Shown piece by piece: positions 50,973-62,801 of a DNA stretch of 64,000 bases. The DNA is from Octopus vulgaris (Eukaryota), in the NCBI GenBank assembly GCA_951406725.2, contig OX597830.1:41230001-41294000 (forward strand). Reading direction: 5' to 3'. Every line of letters begins with the position of its first letter. Within the stretch, counting starts at the first letter, position 1. The position numbers and the translations under genes were made by a program. The notes beneath the pieces were generated by a model. That model ran no database searches, was not told the origin of the DNA, and saw only the letters and a list, made by a program, of their open reading frames with translations.

Positions 50973-51879
50973 GGAGAGAGAGAAAGAGATCCATCTAACT
51001 CATGCTAGTATGGAAAAGTGGTTGTGAAATGATTGAATAAATATATGCAAGTGGGGGAACAAGGAAGGGTAAGTATATATGTGGGATGTGCTTTTGTGTG
51101 TGTGTGTGTGTGTGTGTGTGCATGCGCATATGTGTTTGTGTGTGTGTATGTGTGTGTGTGTGCTCATCTAGGAATATGGCAATTTGGATTTTAGATTCTC
51201 AACATGGAGATTGCGGCTTTTCTAGCTCTGTTTTATGTAATAAAGAATCAAACTTAATTTCATCTGCTGCTACTACTACGACTACTACTACTACTACTGC
51301 TGCTACTACTACTACTACTACACCAATGCCTAAGTATAGGGTATTGTTGTTGCTTTTGTTTGTTTCCTCGTTAGTTTTTAATTTATTTTCTGTGTCTTTC
51401 TGGATATTTTAAATAAATATCTGATTAAACTAGAAATTCAGCATAAATTCCGGAAATATATTCATTTATCTAAGTTTTATCTCTTCCATTAATCTTCATT
51501 ACTTCCTGAAATTGTCATTCGGAGAAAGAAAGCCGAAAAAAAAAGAAAAAGAAACAACAAAAACAAAAGAAAAAAAAGACAACCTGCAATTAAACTCCAT
51601 TCATATTTAAATTCATATTTTATATTATAATCACCCTCTGTGTCTACACACACACACACACGTATCTGTGTGTGTGTGTGTGTTGAAAGCAAAATTACAT
51701 GACTTAAGTTATTATATATTAAGCAAGCTGTAATATATTCTCAATTCAGACGTGTATGCATTTTGTAAGTATTGACATCATTTGGCATTTAATTATACAT
51801 TTTAGTTTTAGCAAAATGAATTTTTACATTTCTATTCGTAATAATGTGGAACCATTTTCATCTCAAATATCAAATAAAT

Positions 51880-52330
51880 ATCTTTTTTTTTTTTTCTCCT
51901 TCTTCTCTTTTTGTTTCTGACCCCCTACCTCTGCCACACACTTTGATAAACCAACTTTTTTTTCCCTCCGCCACCTCTTCCATTTGTTAAACTACCTTGC
52001 CCTTCTCCCCTCTTTATATCTATTAATCTATCTAGTTTGTTACTATACTCTCTTTATGCTTTCTCTCTCTCTCTCTCTCACAAATATGTCTCTCACCCAC
52101 CCCTTTCTCTCCTCTTTCATTCTATTCTCTCTCATACATTTCTAGCTTTTTATTCTCATTACTCCCTCTCCTTGTCTCTTACATCTCTCCCTCATATACA
52201 TTGTCTGTTTCTTTTCTCTCTCTGTACTCCTTCTCTATCTCTACTATCTCCTTACTTTCTCTCATCTTTCTCTCACAGATGTACTTCATTTTGTACTCTT
52301 TCCATACTCAAGCTCTTCCTCTCATATTTG
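51880..52330 (+). repeat. Pyrimidine-rich low-complexity tract, about 450 nt
   Basis: CT-rich with very few G residues. Confidence 0.8.
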
Positions 52331-52334
52331 ATTC

Positions 52335-52530
52335 CAGTTTCATGGTGTTAATCAGGTGAGAAATAAAATGCTCGCCTGGATATGGCACACCACTCTATCA
52401 TAAGTAACATTTGAACTGCTCTGGGGCATGTTTCCATCAGCGAGGTGGACTGAGGCAATGTGGAATAAAGTGTCCTTACCCATGAGCAGGGTGAAATAAC
52501 TTCAGTAGGGCTGAATTCATTAACCTCTGC
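52335..52530 (-). mobile_element. Degenerate SINE family C
   Basis: CAGCGAGGTGGACTGAGGCAATGTGGAATAAAGTGTCCTT is the reverse complement of the CORE-like block. Confidence 0.5.
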
Positions 52531-52639
52531 TCAATGAATTCTTATCAGTTATTTTTCTGTCTTACAAGTTACTTTTCTCAGTTTTTGGTAGGTCTTGACA
52601 GATACATCATCATCATCATAATATTAGAACTATTACCTG

Positions 52640-52905
52640 CTAATTTAGTAGGTATTTTATCTTTAGGTTTGGCGACAACAGGTCTCCTGAAATCTCAAGA
52701 ATCTTTCTTAGAATTCTTACATAACATAGAATGGTACTTTTCTGCAGGTCAACTATGCAAGTCTCAGTTCCAATATCTTTCAGTCAGTCTTTTAGCTAGC
52801 ATTTTGGATGATGTGCCAAGTGCACCAATTACCACAGGAATAATTGTTGCCTTACTCTTCCAAAATTTCTTCATCTCTCTGGCAAGGTCCTGATTTTTCT
52901 TGATT
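52640..52905 (-). mobile_element. Fossil 3' end of an R4/Dong-like non-LTR retrotransposon (restriction-like endonuclease C-terminus)
   Basis: KNQDLAREMKKFWKSKATIIPVVIGALGT matches the KY.DLA.E...LW.......P.V.GALG motif; followed by an (ATG/AAT)n-like tail. Confidence 0.8.
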
Positions 52906-53339
52906 TTTTCCCCCCCAATTTCTTCAGTATCCACCACCACCACCACCATCACCACCACTGCCGCCGCCATCATCATATTCTGGTGAAATACAAACATATT
53001 TGCTTCATTTTCTGTCTCTTTCTCCATGTCTCAATTTTCTTGAACTTACTATGTTTATACTTAATAGAATTTTTTTTTCTTTTGAAATATTTTGCTAGTA
53101 AGAAGTTTTTAGAAGAGCTCAATGCCCACCCTACTTATGTTAGGTTCGAAAATTGGAATCTGTCTTTGAAAATTTTTTAATTTTATATTCTGTGAACAGC
53201 GTTTACAATAAATTTCAAAAGGCTTCAACATATGGAGAAGCAGAAGAGGAATTCACCACAGCCATGGTTGAACTAATGAAAAAATATGCACCCCTTCTAA
53301 ACAGAAAAATAAAGAAAAAACTAACAAGAAATATAGCTG

Positions 53340-53485
53340 AAGAGTTAAGAAGCTCATTTTGCAACCATACAGTTCCAGGTTCAGTTTCACTATATGACAC
53401 CTTGGCCAACTGTCTCCTACTACAATTCTGGGCTGACCAAAGCCTTGTGAGTGAATTTCATAGATGAAAACTGTGTGGAAGCCTG

Positions 53486-53557
<72 letters not shown>

Positions 53558-53720
53558 ATGTATCCCACATCCACCTCTATGCACAACAACCTGTGTTGGT
53601 TTGTTTACATCCTTGTGAATTAGCAATTTGGCAAAAGCTGGAATAAGTTCCAGGTTTTTAAATAAATACTAGAGTCAATTTGCTTGACTAAACCTTTCAA
53701 ATCAGTGCTTCAGCATGGGA
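53340..53720 (+). mobile_element. SINE family A, diverged
   Basis: Family match with internal (TG)n. Confidence 0.8.
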
Positions 53721-53884
53721 GATGGGGATACTCTGATTCTGTCTCAGTGAAAGCTTCTCCCTTCTATATGGATGGGCGACCCCTTGTTTTTTCATCCATC
53801 CAACCATCCAACTCCTCTACCTGCTATTCCTGAGAGGTTAGTGGGGTTAGATCTCTCAGGTACCTCATTTCATAGGGTCCTGTC

Positions 53885-54240
53885 AGAAGCATTCATCATT
53901 ACCCTTTCTGGATTCCCAAACATGACTGTCTGAGACTATAGATATTATCCAATCACTTGACTCTTGGTCTACCTCTAGGTCTCCTACCAGATGGCTTGAC
54001 TTGAAGAATCTGTCTTGCGATCCTTTCCTCCTACATTCTCATAATATTTTCCTAGCACCAGAGGTGAGCCCTCTCAATGCAGACAAGTAGCAGCTTACCC
54101 TGGTGAGACTCCCTGATCTCCATGCAATGCACCCTATTGAGCATTGTTACTCCACAGATCTTTCAGATGAACCTTATTTTGACTAATTTTATTCGCAACC
54201 ATTTTTTTTTATTATTACCCAACATTCATGACCTTTGGTA
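53885..54240 (-). mobile_element. Fossil RTE-clade LINE 3' fragment
   Basis: Minus-strand translation GHECWV...KICGVTMLNRV...EERIARQILQVKPSGRRPRGRPRVK*LD. Confidence 0.8.
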
Positions 54241-54364
54241 TATGTTCATTTAAAATATTTTTTTTCTTTTTACTAAATTTTTAACTTGTTTCAATACATC
54301 GTAGGACATTTCTTCCCTTCCACTCCCATTTATTACAAGCAAATACATATTTACATGTATATGC

Positions 54365-54690
54365 TATTGGGCCTCACGGAGGCTATGACAAGTGACTGAG
54401 ACCTTTCGTAATATGCTGTGCTTGAGAAGCCTCAATCAAGTCATGCGAAACCATAGTCATGGCCAATGCCCGTGTAACATAACTGGCTCCCATGCATGTA
54501 AAAGCACCTGTGCTAGTGGCACATAAAAGACACCCATTACACTCTTGGAGTGGTTGGCGTTAAGAAGGGCATCCAACCTTAGAAACCATTCCAAGTCAGA
54601 CTGGAATTTGGTGAAGCTCTCTGGGTTACCAGTTCCAGTCAAATTATCTAACCTATGCCAGCATAGAAAGTGGATGTTGAATGATGATGC
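54365..54690 (+). mobile_element. SINE-like family D, long variant
   Basis: GTGGTTGGCGTTAAGAAGGGCATCCA core and GGATGTTGAATGATGATG tail. Confidence 0.72.
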
Positions 54691-54814
54691 AGGCACCTAC
54701 AGGTTCTAAGTTCAATCCCAGGCAAGGTACTAAGGTAATTCACAAGAAATTAAATTGAAGCAAAAAATGCCATGAGAGTAGTATGAGAAGAGTGTACCCT
54801 CATGAATCAAATAA

Positions 54815-54935
54815 AGTGTTAGGTTTGAAATTTCCTAAACAACAACTGAGTTCAACACAAGACACCCGAAGAAGGCTGGAACACACAAGAAATGAAATGT
54901 AGAGAAATCAACAATCAAGATGAGGACACCAGCCT
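54815..54935 (+). repeat. Diverged relative of the hammerhead-bearing element at 10525-10677
   Basis: AGGTTTGAAATTTCC...CAAGACACCCGAAGAAGGCTGGA...GAAATG...AACAATCAAGATGAGGAC. Confidence 0.65.
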
Positions 54936-55028
54936 GACTAATATAAACAGTATATATTATAAAAATTCCTCATCGCAGAGATATAGAATTGCAAAATAAA
55001 GGACAGCAACAGCAGCAGCAGTAGTAGC

Positions 55029-55071
<43 letters not shown>

Positions 55072-55394
55072 TGTTTTTCTCTTGACTCCAGTTTGCAAAG
55101 TGTGATTTTCTCTTTTTTCTTCCCCCCACCCCCCTCTTTTTGTATATTCTTCATCTCGTCAGTGCAGTAAAAGCAAAAATCAGGGGGATTCTTAGATCTA
55201 CACAATTGACCTGATGCCTCGATTGACATCAATGCATTACTCAAAAATCTTTAGCTGTAGCACGTTATTAATTCCTTCCATTTTATTCAGTTCTTCCAAA
55301 ATACGATTGGCTGTGAAAAGATTGCAGTTTAGCCACAATCGAACAAATAATATTCCCTGCAGTGAATAGAAAGAGAAGAAAGGTGATGGAGATG

Positions 55395-55436
<42 letters not shown>

Positions 55437-55439
55437 AAG

Positions 55440-55506
55440 AAGCAAGCTACTAATTTTTCAATTAGTTTACCTTTCTCTCATTCTCTTTCTCTTCATATTT
55501 CCCTCC

Positions 55507-55554
<48 letters not shown>

Positions 55555-55785
55555 GTGAATCTAATGACCAATTCTTTAGTTAATGAACAAACTACACCCT
55601 CGCTCACTCACTCACTCACTATCTTTCTCTTTCTCTCTCTCTCTCTCTCTCTCCCTCTCACACACACATTCTCTCTATCTCCGTGCATGAGAAGCTAACT
55701 ACCACTTCTTCAGTCAATGCTCTCTTACTCCCCCTTCTCACTTTCACCCTCTACATAAGCAAACTACCAATTCTTTACTGAATAA

Positions 55786-55834
<49 letters not shown>

Positions 55835-55864
55835 CTCATACAAGCGACCAATTCTTTAGTTAGT
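55440..55864. repeat. Degenerate array of a ~22-nt motif separated by (CT)n tracts
   Basis: AAGC(A)AACTACCAATTCTTTAGT-like motif near 55440, 55561, 55692, 55757 and 55841. Confidence 0.7.
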
Positions 55865-56175
55865 GGTATATAAGCATTGATAATTAGTAGTAAGAATAAG
55901 TTTCTAGTCTGCAAAAAAAAAAAAAAAAAGGCCAAAAAGAGTTGGTTTCCTATTTCTGATTAGCAAACAAACACACAAACATACAACAACAAAGATGCAA
56001 AAACAAAAATCAATTTCCTTACCAAACAATATTAAACAATAGAGTTTTTAATGGAATATATATATAATATAGCTCTTTGTCCGAGATGTAAATTTTATTT
56101 AGACACATTGAACAGAAAAAAAAAAGACACCAGTAAAAATAAATACATACATACCTACATATATATATGTGTGTG

Positions 56176-56208
<33 letters not shown>

Positions 56209-56227
56209 GTATACGTGTATATATATT

Positions 56228-56285
<58 letters not shown>

Positions 56286-56527
56286 TAAATACATACATAC
56301 ATGTGTGTGTGTATGTAGATATTATATACATATTGTGTGAGTGAGTGTGTGTGCAAGTGCACACACACACATGCACACACATATATATATGAGGAAAGAA
56401 AAAAAGAAATGTGAAGGAGAGAGAGATTTCATTCAGTTGTTACTTCTTGTGGTAGTTTATTCAATTTACAAATAAATCTAATTTATTTACTGGTGGGATT
56501 TATATATTTATTCATTTATTTATTTAA

Positions 56528-56577
<50 letters not shown>

Positions 56578-57740
56578 TGTGTCTATTTTGTTTTTTTTTG
56601 TTTTTTTTTTTATTTCTTATAAAACTCTTCACTTATGTTCCCTTATCCTACTTTCATTTCACTGTAATAGAATCTGTAATGATTATTAAATATAATACAC
56701 ACACACACATAATATACATACATGTATAAGTCATCTTGATATCTGTTTCATATTTTGCTGTCTCCATTTCCTTCCCCCCCTCTCTCTCTCTCTCTCTCCA
56801 TGCCATCACCTCTATATGGAGATTGATAGATAAAGAGAGAGAAAACAAGAGAGAGAAAGAGAGAGAGAGAGAGCGGGGGTTGTCTGCTATATTCTGGTAT
56901 AATACTAGAACATAATTCAGTTAAGTCATATTATAAACATAAAAATGGTTTTGTTTGTAAGGTATTTGTTGTGTGTGTTTGGAAGAGGTTTATACATTTG
57001 TATTTTCATTGCTCTGTAGATAGGTTTTAATTTAGTAAAAAAAAAAATAAATAAATAAAAACGAAATCCTCTAAAATAGAATTAATGAGGCACAGCTGTG
57101 TATTTATGCTTAACCTTAAATTGAAGACTATTCAAATGAGTTAGTTTACATGAACAAAACAACCAAAAAGTCTCATCTGGGAGAAGGGTCTTCTATGAGA
57201 AGAAGCAAATAAGTAATTCTTTAGAGTCGTAGCAAAGATAATTATGGTTGGCTTGTTGGCTGGTTGGTTGGTTGGTTTTCTGTTGTGAAATAATTCCAGA
57301 GAAAGACCAAACTAATGCTATTAGATACACTCAGAACTATTCAGACAATAATAATGCTTATGTGTATTTATTTGTTTTTGTTATTTTTGTATATTTAATA
57401 CTATTTTGTGTATGTATGTGCATGCATACGTATGTGTAAGTGTATATTTAATTGCATATACATGTTTGTCTGTATGTATGCATGTGTATGTGTAAATGTG
57501 TATGAGTGTATATATAATTGTGTGTGTGTATTTATGTGCATGTGTATACATATATATATGTACAAACACCTATTTGTGTGTGAGTGAGAGAGAGAGAAAC
57601 TGTGCTTGTCTCTCATTGTTTCTTAACTGGTGTTGGTTTGTTTGTGTCCCTTCCACTTAATTATTCAATAGAAAAAGATTAGTAAAGTACCAGATTTAAA
57701 ATATATGCTGGGTTTCATTTGATTGACTCAGTTCTCTATA

Positions 57741-58021
57741 TATAATTTAATACTCACAGTATTTAAATAAGAGCTGCTAAAAGTTTCATGCCATGGAAAC
57801 ACAATAATTTGGCAGATTTAGATAAGGTGGACTGTGTCTCCAAGCAATCTTTCAGGTTCCGTGCACATGGTTAGTCATCTTTGAAAACCAGGATGCTGGT
57901 CTGAGCCTGAAAGATTGTTTTGAGACAAAAGGTGTGTTATATAACTCTGCCAAATTATCAGGTTTCCATGGCATGAAACTGTTTGTAACTCATATTTAAA
58001 CACTGTGTGTATTAAATGATA
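57741..58021. repeat. Fold-back inverted repeat, 119-bp ungapped arms, 43-nt loop
   Basis: 57741-57859 versus the reverse complement of 57903-58021: about 95/119 identical by manual count. Confidence 0.92.
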
Positions 58022-59189
58022 TTTATCTGTCACTGGATAGCATACTTTTCTTGCCAACCCTGCCTATAGTGCACACTATGAAAATATGTGTTTGTGTGTA
58101 TGTGTGTAGAGTTAAGATGTATATATATTCTGTATATCAAACCCAAGGAGTTTTATTTGTTTATTTGCATCATTGTCTCTATGGATGGCTGGATGGACGG
58201 ATGGACAGACGAATGAATGGATTATGGTGTACAGATTTTATAAATTAAGAAAAAGGAAGTAGTCAAAATTTTGGCTAATTATTTATGTAGCGTTTTTAAT
58301 CTTGTTTTGAAGCATTATCAGGAATGAACCTTCATGATAATTCCAGGGATATCAGTCCTGATGAATCTCCTAAATAAGACGAAATTGCTAAATAAATAAT
58401 TATCTAAAATCATAGCTACATCCTTTTGCTTTATATTGATGGAAACTTTGGTAAGGAAAATAATTTTTAAAAAACTGTTTGTTTCAAAAAATAAATAAAA
58501 AATAATACTTTATGTGATATTTGTTTAACCCCAAGTTTCACAGACAATCCCATATCCCTCTCACCACCAGACATGCAGTGAACCAGTGATTGATTCCATT
58601 GGAAACCTGTAACCATCATTGCTGTTGTTTAGTAAACGTGATATAAAAATCTATTTTAAACACAAAGGCATTAAATAATATAAAGGCATTTCAAGTTATT
58701 ATATAAGTGGCAGACGGATAAGTATTTTGCTGTAGACAGGCTTTGCTGGTTTATTTGAGACAATATTCGCAGATGATTTGTTACCTACAACCAGCAACTG
58801 AAGCAATGCAGAATTTAGTGAACTGCTCCAATGCACAATGAATCATTCAATTTGACTTGGAAATTATATAAGTTGGCAGTCAAATACTTATTACACAAGA
58901 TTTTACTTCGGAATTACGAGCCAGTTGTCTAATACTGTTCACTCTGATATTTTACTTCAACACCAGCAATATTCTGGGGTTGTTATTTGAGTAAATGATA
59001 TTGAACCCTTTTAGAGGAGGAAAATAAATAAACATGGTGCGCTATGTCCACCAGAGGTTAATACTGTTTATATAACGTACATTGTGTGTGTGTGTGTGTT
59101 GTGTGTGTGCACCTCTATTATCATTCTTTTTAACCTCTTCTCAATTGGCACAAATCCATCTCCCTCAGTACTGTTCCCTGCTTCTCAGT

Positions 59190-59378
59190 TGAGGGGTCTT
59201 TGTTCTTGCAAGTTACTTGTAACCCTACTGGTGCTGGTGCCATGTAAAGGAAGGGCATCAAGCTATAGAAACCCTGTCAAAGCAGACACTGGAGCTTGGA
59301 ACAAGCCTCCTGCATGCCAACTCTTGCCAAACTGTCCAACTCATGCCAACATGGAAAACAGACATTAAATGATGATTG
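59190..59378 (+). mobile_element. SINE-like family D copy
   Basis: AGGAAGGGCATCAAGCT...CTCATGCCAACATGGAAAACAGACATTAAATGATGA. Confidence 0.7.
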
Positions 59379-59604
59379 ATGTGTGTGTGTGTGTGTGTGT
59401 GTTTGTTTGTGTATTACTTATTCAAATTTTAATACATGCATATATCTGATATATTAAATATAATGAACATGTATGAACATGTAATATTTATAGTTTCATC
59501 TTCAATGAAACTGTAAAACTGAAAGAGATTGCAACTGGCTAGAAAAAACTGAAACAAACTCTATATATATATATATCATCATCATCATCATCATTCATCA
59601 TCAT

Positions 59605-59775
59605 CATCGTTATTGTTTTTTCATGCTTGCATGGGTCATGTAATTTGCTGAGATAGCTTCCTCTACAGCTTGATACCCTTGCTGTCACCAGCCATCACCT
59701 ATTCTCAAGCAAGATAATATTTCCCCATGGCTATGCACATTTACAACCATCACATGATGTTAAGACAAGAGTATA
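59605..59775 (-). mobile_element. SINE-like family D copy
   Basis: Homologous to 903-1135. Confidence 0.6.
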
Positions 59776-59867
59776 CACAAACATACACACACACAAACAC
59801 ATATACAAACATGCACACACACACAAACACATATACAACCATACATACATACATACATAATCATACA

Positions 59868-60092
59868 ATTTCTGTCTTCCATGCTGGCATGGGTTGGATT
59901 GTTTGACAGGAACTGGCAAGCCTGAGAGCTGTACCAGGCTCCATTGTCTGCTTTGGCATGGTTTCTACATCTGAAAACCTTTCCTAATGCCAACCACTTT
60001 ACAAAGTGTACTGGGTAATTTTTATGCAGAACCAGCACAGGTGCTTTTTACATGGCACTAGCATCAGTGAGGTCACCAAGTAATTTGCAAGA
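59868..60092 (-). mobile_element. SINE-like family D copy
   Basis: TTCCATGCTGGCATGGGTTGG...TTCCTAATGCCAACCAC...GTCACCAAGTAATTTGCAAG. Confidence 0.72.
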
Positions 60093-60132
60093 TGATCTCT
60101 CAGCTGGGATATATATATATAGATAGATAGAT

Positions 60133-60316
60133 CTGGTCTATGGGGTTACCCTAGGTTTCACATCCGTAAAGCGCTTAGCTTTACAGCATTTCTTCAGACC
60201 CTAAAACCCGTTGGCCTATGTTCTCTCTAGTAAGTCGACAGGTTTTAGGGTCTGAAGAAACACTGTTAAGCTAAGCGCTTTATGGGCATGAAACCAAAGC
60301 TAGCCCTTTAGACCAG
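60133..60316. repeat. Fold-back inverted repeat, 86-bp ungapped arms, 12-nt loop
   Basis: 60133-60218 versus the reverse complement of 60231-60316: 69/86 identical by manual count, including 20-bp and 15-bp perfect runs. Confidence 0.93.
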
Positions 60317-60998
60317 CCATATCTATCTTTATCTATAACCCTTAATAACTTAGATGTGCTTATCTGTTGGATTTATGACTTCCTGAAGATACACACACTC
60401 ACACACATATATAATGTGCTTCTCTCATTCTCTCCGTTCCTGCCTACCAAATCCACTTTTGTTTGACCTAGAGATCTACTAAAGGTTCACACAGTGGGAT
60501 TGAACCTGAGATCACATGGTTGGGAAGTAACTACACAGATGTGTCTACATATATGTATGCATATATGTGAAATATTATGCCCCCAGTTATTTATAATATA
60601 TCCAATAACTGCTGTTGACTCACTCAGGTTTTCTTCAGTGCCATTTTTTATTATTTTTACTTTGCTTCAACCACCTTTCTATTAACCAATTTACTCTTGA
60701 ATAAAGCATTAACATCATTCAGTCTCATTCCACAACCACTCTTCAATCATTCTGCTTTGTCTAGGGAAAACCTGAAGTTTTGTGTCTGTAAGATAAATCC
60801 ATGTCTCGGTATGCCATGGGTTAAACAGTCTGTTACTTTTATATATTTGAAGCTTCTTGGAGAAGCTTTCTCTTGACAGCAGTATATTTTCCTATGATGA
60901 CAACCATTCATCCATGAAATGTTCTTGAAAATTATGATGGTATTCTTAATTACACGGCAATTTAACTGCCATACAATTTTACAATAAAGCTTCTCTTA

Positions 60999-61034
<36 letters not shown>

Positions 61035-62801
61035 GACACACACACACACACATATTCGCATCCTGTTTTTGCAATGGAATTTCTTCTTATGTAGGTGTGA
61101 AAGTTTTAGGTAAGACATACCGATACTTGTGACAGACATGACATTCTGCAAGAGCAATTCTAACTCAACTTACTGTTAACTGGAGTTGAAATGTTCCAGT
61201 TGAAAATCTCAATTCACTAGGAGCTTTCCAACACACAGTGACACCTACCTGTCACTTAGTAAATTATTACGGACCAGTGAGGTAGCTTTTAAACTACTGA
61301 TGAGTAAATAAGCTGGGTTCAGTGTAAGGCAATAGTGAAATTACATTTATTTGCTTAATCAAGAGGGCATAGCTGTGACCTAGACACTTTAGGGCCATTG
61401 AGACTGGTGGGGAGCAAGGAGAGAGAGGCATCCTCAAACCAGAGATCTGATTTGCACCAGAATGAGCTCTGCTAAAAATACCAAAAGTTCCAGGTGGTGG
61501 TGTTGAACCATGTAGTGGATTAAGTTACCATTCATGTAGGCTGCAACAGTATTTGTGGCAGGACTTAAAACACAAGAAATAAATACCATATGGTATTCCA
61601 TCCAGTGCTTTAATGACTCTGCCAGTTTCTGGTTTATTGAAAAGCTTACTAGAAATAATTATGCTGCTAAGGAAGGAAAGAAACAAACAATATTATGTGA
61701 AAACTATGCTTCACTGATGAGGTCATGATAAAATCAAAACATGTCTTGAGTTGTCTTCCATACATGCTGCAAAAACTAAAAATAATATTAGTTATTAATT
61801 GTTTTCTCTACATATTTCTAGCTAGTTTTTTAAAGCTCTGTGCATTTAATACATTAACATTAACTAAAGTATTGTTTTCTGTGTTGGTCACCTGACTTAT
61901 AAGTAAAGCACATCTGCTACCCCAGCTAATCATATTCAGCAAATTATATACACCATGTTTGTTTGTTTGTGTGTGTGAATTGTATCTTTGATCTTTAATA
62001 TGTATGAAGCAGATATAATAGCAGAAGTAGTGATTAAATATGGTATCATGTGACATCCGGCATCAGCAAAAGTGGTCAACATTAGCCAGAGAGGAGTGGA
62101 GTGGGGGTGTTTGTTTAGGAAAGCTTTAGTGTAATTTTTGGAATTTCTATTGTTAGCATTATGTATGTAATATCTGTCTGTCTGTCTGTCTAGTGTATAT
62201 GTACACTGTTATTAAATAATATATGTAATTCCTATCAAATGTGTTGGGTGCCACTTTCTTTTGTTCGTTACTCAGTCATATACTCTCACATATGCCCACA
62301 CACACAGACACATAGAAAAATTAAGAATTGCAGTTGACCAAATTGCTAAGGGGTCAGTTTATTTAATTTATCAAAGGGTCAGGTTGACATTATGTCCTCA
62401 GCGCTCTACTCCATCCTTAACAAAGACATTTAATTCTTACTGGACCCTGCTTTACCAAGTTGTCTGTGGGTGCAATTCTATGGCACTACTCAACAGAGTA
62501 AAAAGTGAAATCATCAAGATAGTCACCATTTTATCCATTCTTCTATTTTAGCATCAATTTATGTCCTCCTGCTGCTTGTAATACTTTTGTTTTTTGCTCA
62601 ACATATTCTTACATGACCTCACCATTTCTTTCTTTAGCTTTTTTTAATCTTCTTTCCTTATCTCCTCCCTTGATACCTTCCTTTGTTAGTGCACATTTTC
62701 AAATTTTTTTCCTTATTCAGCACTCCTTCCTTATTAGCATTGTGTTTACCTATGATTGATGATTGGTGCATTATGAATGGTGCATTATGATTGGTGCACA
62801 G

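Noticed and set aside
52338-52355. 18-nt microexon candidate (FHGVNQ) after a long pyrimidine tract
   Set aside because: It overlaps the antisense tail of a degenerate SINE C, so the splice-like signals are probably incidental.
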